DNA from: an uncultured Anaerolineales bacterium
Lineage (GTDB): Bacteria; Chloroflexota; Anaerolineae; Anaerolineales; UBA11858
Direction of reading: 5' to 3'
Assembly: GCA_964419495.1 (NCBI GenBank)
Contig: CAYQQX010000004.1
Coordinates: 5,165 to 69,164, forward strand
DNA length: 64,000 nt
A program made the translations under genes and the position numbers. The notes below the pieces were generated by a model, which worked only from the letters and a program-made list of their open reading frames with translations, ran no database searches and was not told the DNA's origin. This document shows positions 63,601-64,000 of this stretch, piece by piece (position 1 is the stretch's first letter; each line of letters starts with the position of its first letter).

Positions 63601-64000
63601 ATGAAAAAAATCCTAATTACCGCATTATTGTTAACAGCGACCGTTTTTTTGGTTGCCTGTGGCGGGGGCGGTGGGCAGAGTGATGAGATCATCATGGATG
63701 AGCCCGTACCCAAAGGGGCTGAAGATGCCTTTTTGGTCGAGCTGGAGTTCTCTGCTGAAGAGATTGTCCCAAATCACATTACCATTCCCGCTGGAGAAAA
63801 GATCTACTTCGTCGTCTATAACAGTGACATCGCAGAAGGCGACATGAATGAAGATCACAACCTGGTCAGCCCTGATCTTGGGTTGCGTGAAATTCTGGTT
63901 GTCCCCGGCCAAACTGTGCGCCGCATCTGGGATGGCTACGATGTCCCCGGTACATATAAAGTTGGCTGCACGATCCACCCCTGGATCGTTATGGAAATCA
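63601..64000 (+). CDS. Lipoprotein cupredoxin (type-1 copper protein), 3' end off the window
   Basis: Absent from the track because it is open at the right edge. ATG at 63601 behind GGAGG. Lipobox FLVAC. Cu ligand pattern EDHN ... GCTIHPWIVM (H, C-x2-H-x4-M). Confidence 0.75.
   Translation, partial: MKKILITALLLTATVFLVACGGGGGQSDEIIMDEPVPKGAEDAFLVELEFSAEEIVPNHITIPAGEKIYFVVYNSDIAEGDMNEDHNLVSPDLGLREILVVPGQTVRRIWDGYDVPGTYKVGCTIHPWIVMEI

Noticed and set aside
1-64000. Search for CRISPR arrays, tRNA, rRNA, tmRNA, RNase P
   Set aside because: No regularly spaced short direct repeats, no tRNA-like T-arm/acceptor signatures (e.g. GGTTCGAATCC) and no rRNA-like segments were seen by eye. tRNAscan/Infernal would be needed to be certain.

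Overview
This is a 64-kb stretch of bacterial chromosome, roughly 50% GC by eye, with two visibly AT-richer patches at about 14.7-18.7 kb and 43.0-48.0 kb. Gene content and repeat types fit a Chloroflexota (Anaerolineae/Dehalococcoidia-like) genome, but that is inference only. I count about 55 protein genes and found no rRNA, tRNA or CRISPR array.

Layout:
(i) 1-13 kb: a minus-strand block of secreted or lipoprotein carbohydrate-active-like proteins. It holds an esterase fusion running off the left edge (missing from the ORF track), a DUF4091-like protein, a GH114-like protein, a BNR propeller and paralogous deacetylase-like domains.
(ii) 13-24 kb: an ICMT-type methyltransferase, a HisKA_2 two-component cluster with a decayed kinase copy, a GH25-NTF2 fusion, a DinB protein and peptidases.
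(iii) 24-37 kb: a HAD pair (one copy with a dead DxD motif), mutL, an FHA-GAF-cyclase, a Zn-ADH, a receiver/MinD-like - sirtuin - GAF-kinase operon, and tilS.
(iv) 38-42 kb: tungstate tupABC with its regulator.
(v) 42-48 kb: a catalytically degenerate integrase-like gene plus an AT-rich island of decayed genes. One of these is an LRR gene split by a 221-bp MITE with a target-site duplication.
(vi) 48-56 kb: TetR, then a 1,419-aa PEP-utilising enzyme with a duplicated substrate-plus-swivel module, a GT-C membrane protein and a decayed third module.
(vii) 56-64 kb: a two-component system, rdhA, rdhB, a 12-haem NapC/NirT-like cytochrome, tatA/C/B and a cupredoxin that runs off the right edge (also missing from the track).

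Blocks (vi) and (vii) are the best candidates for something new. Several palindromic intergenic repeat families occur. Five single-nucleotide frame breaks sit on short homopolymers, so assembly indels are a real possibility.
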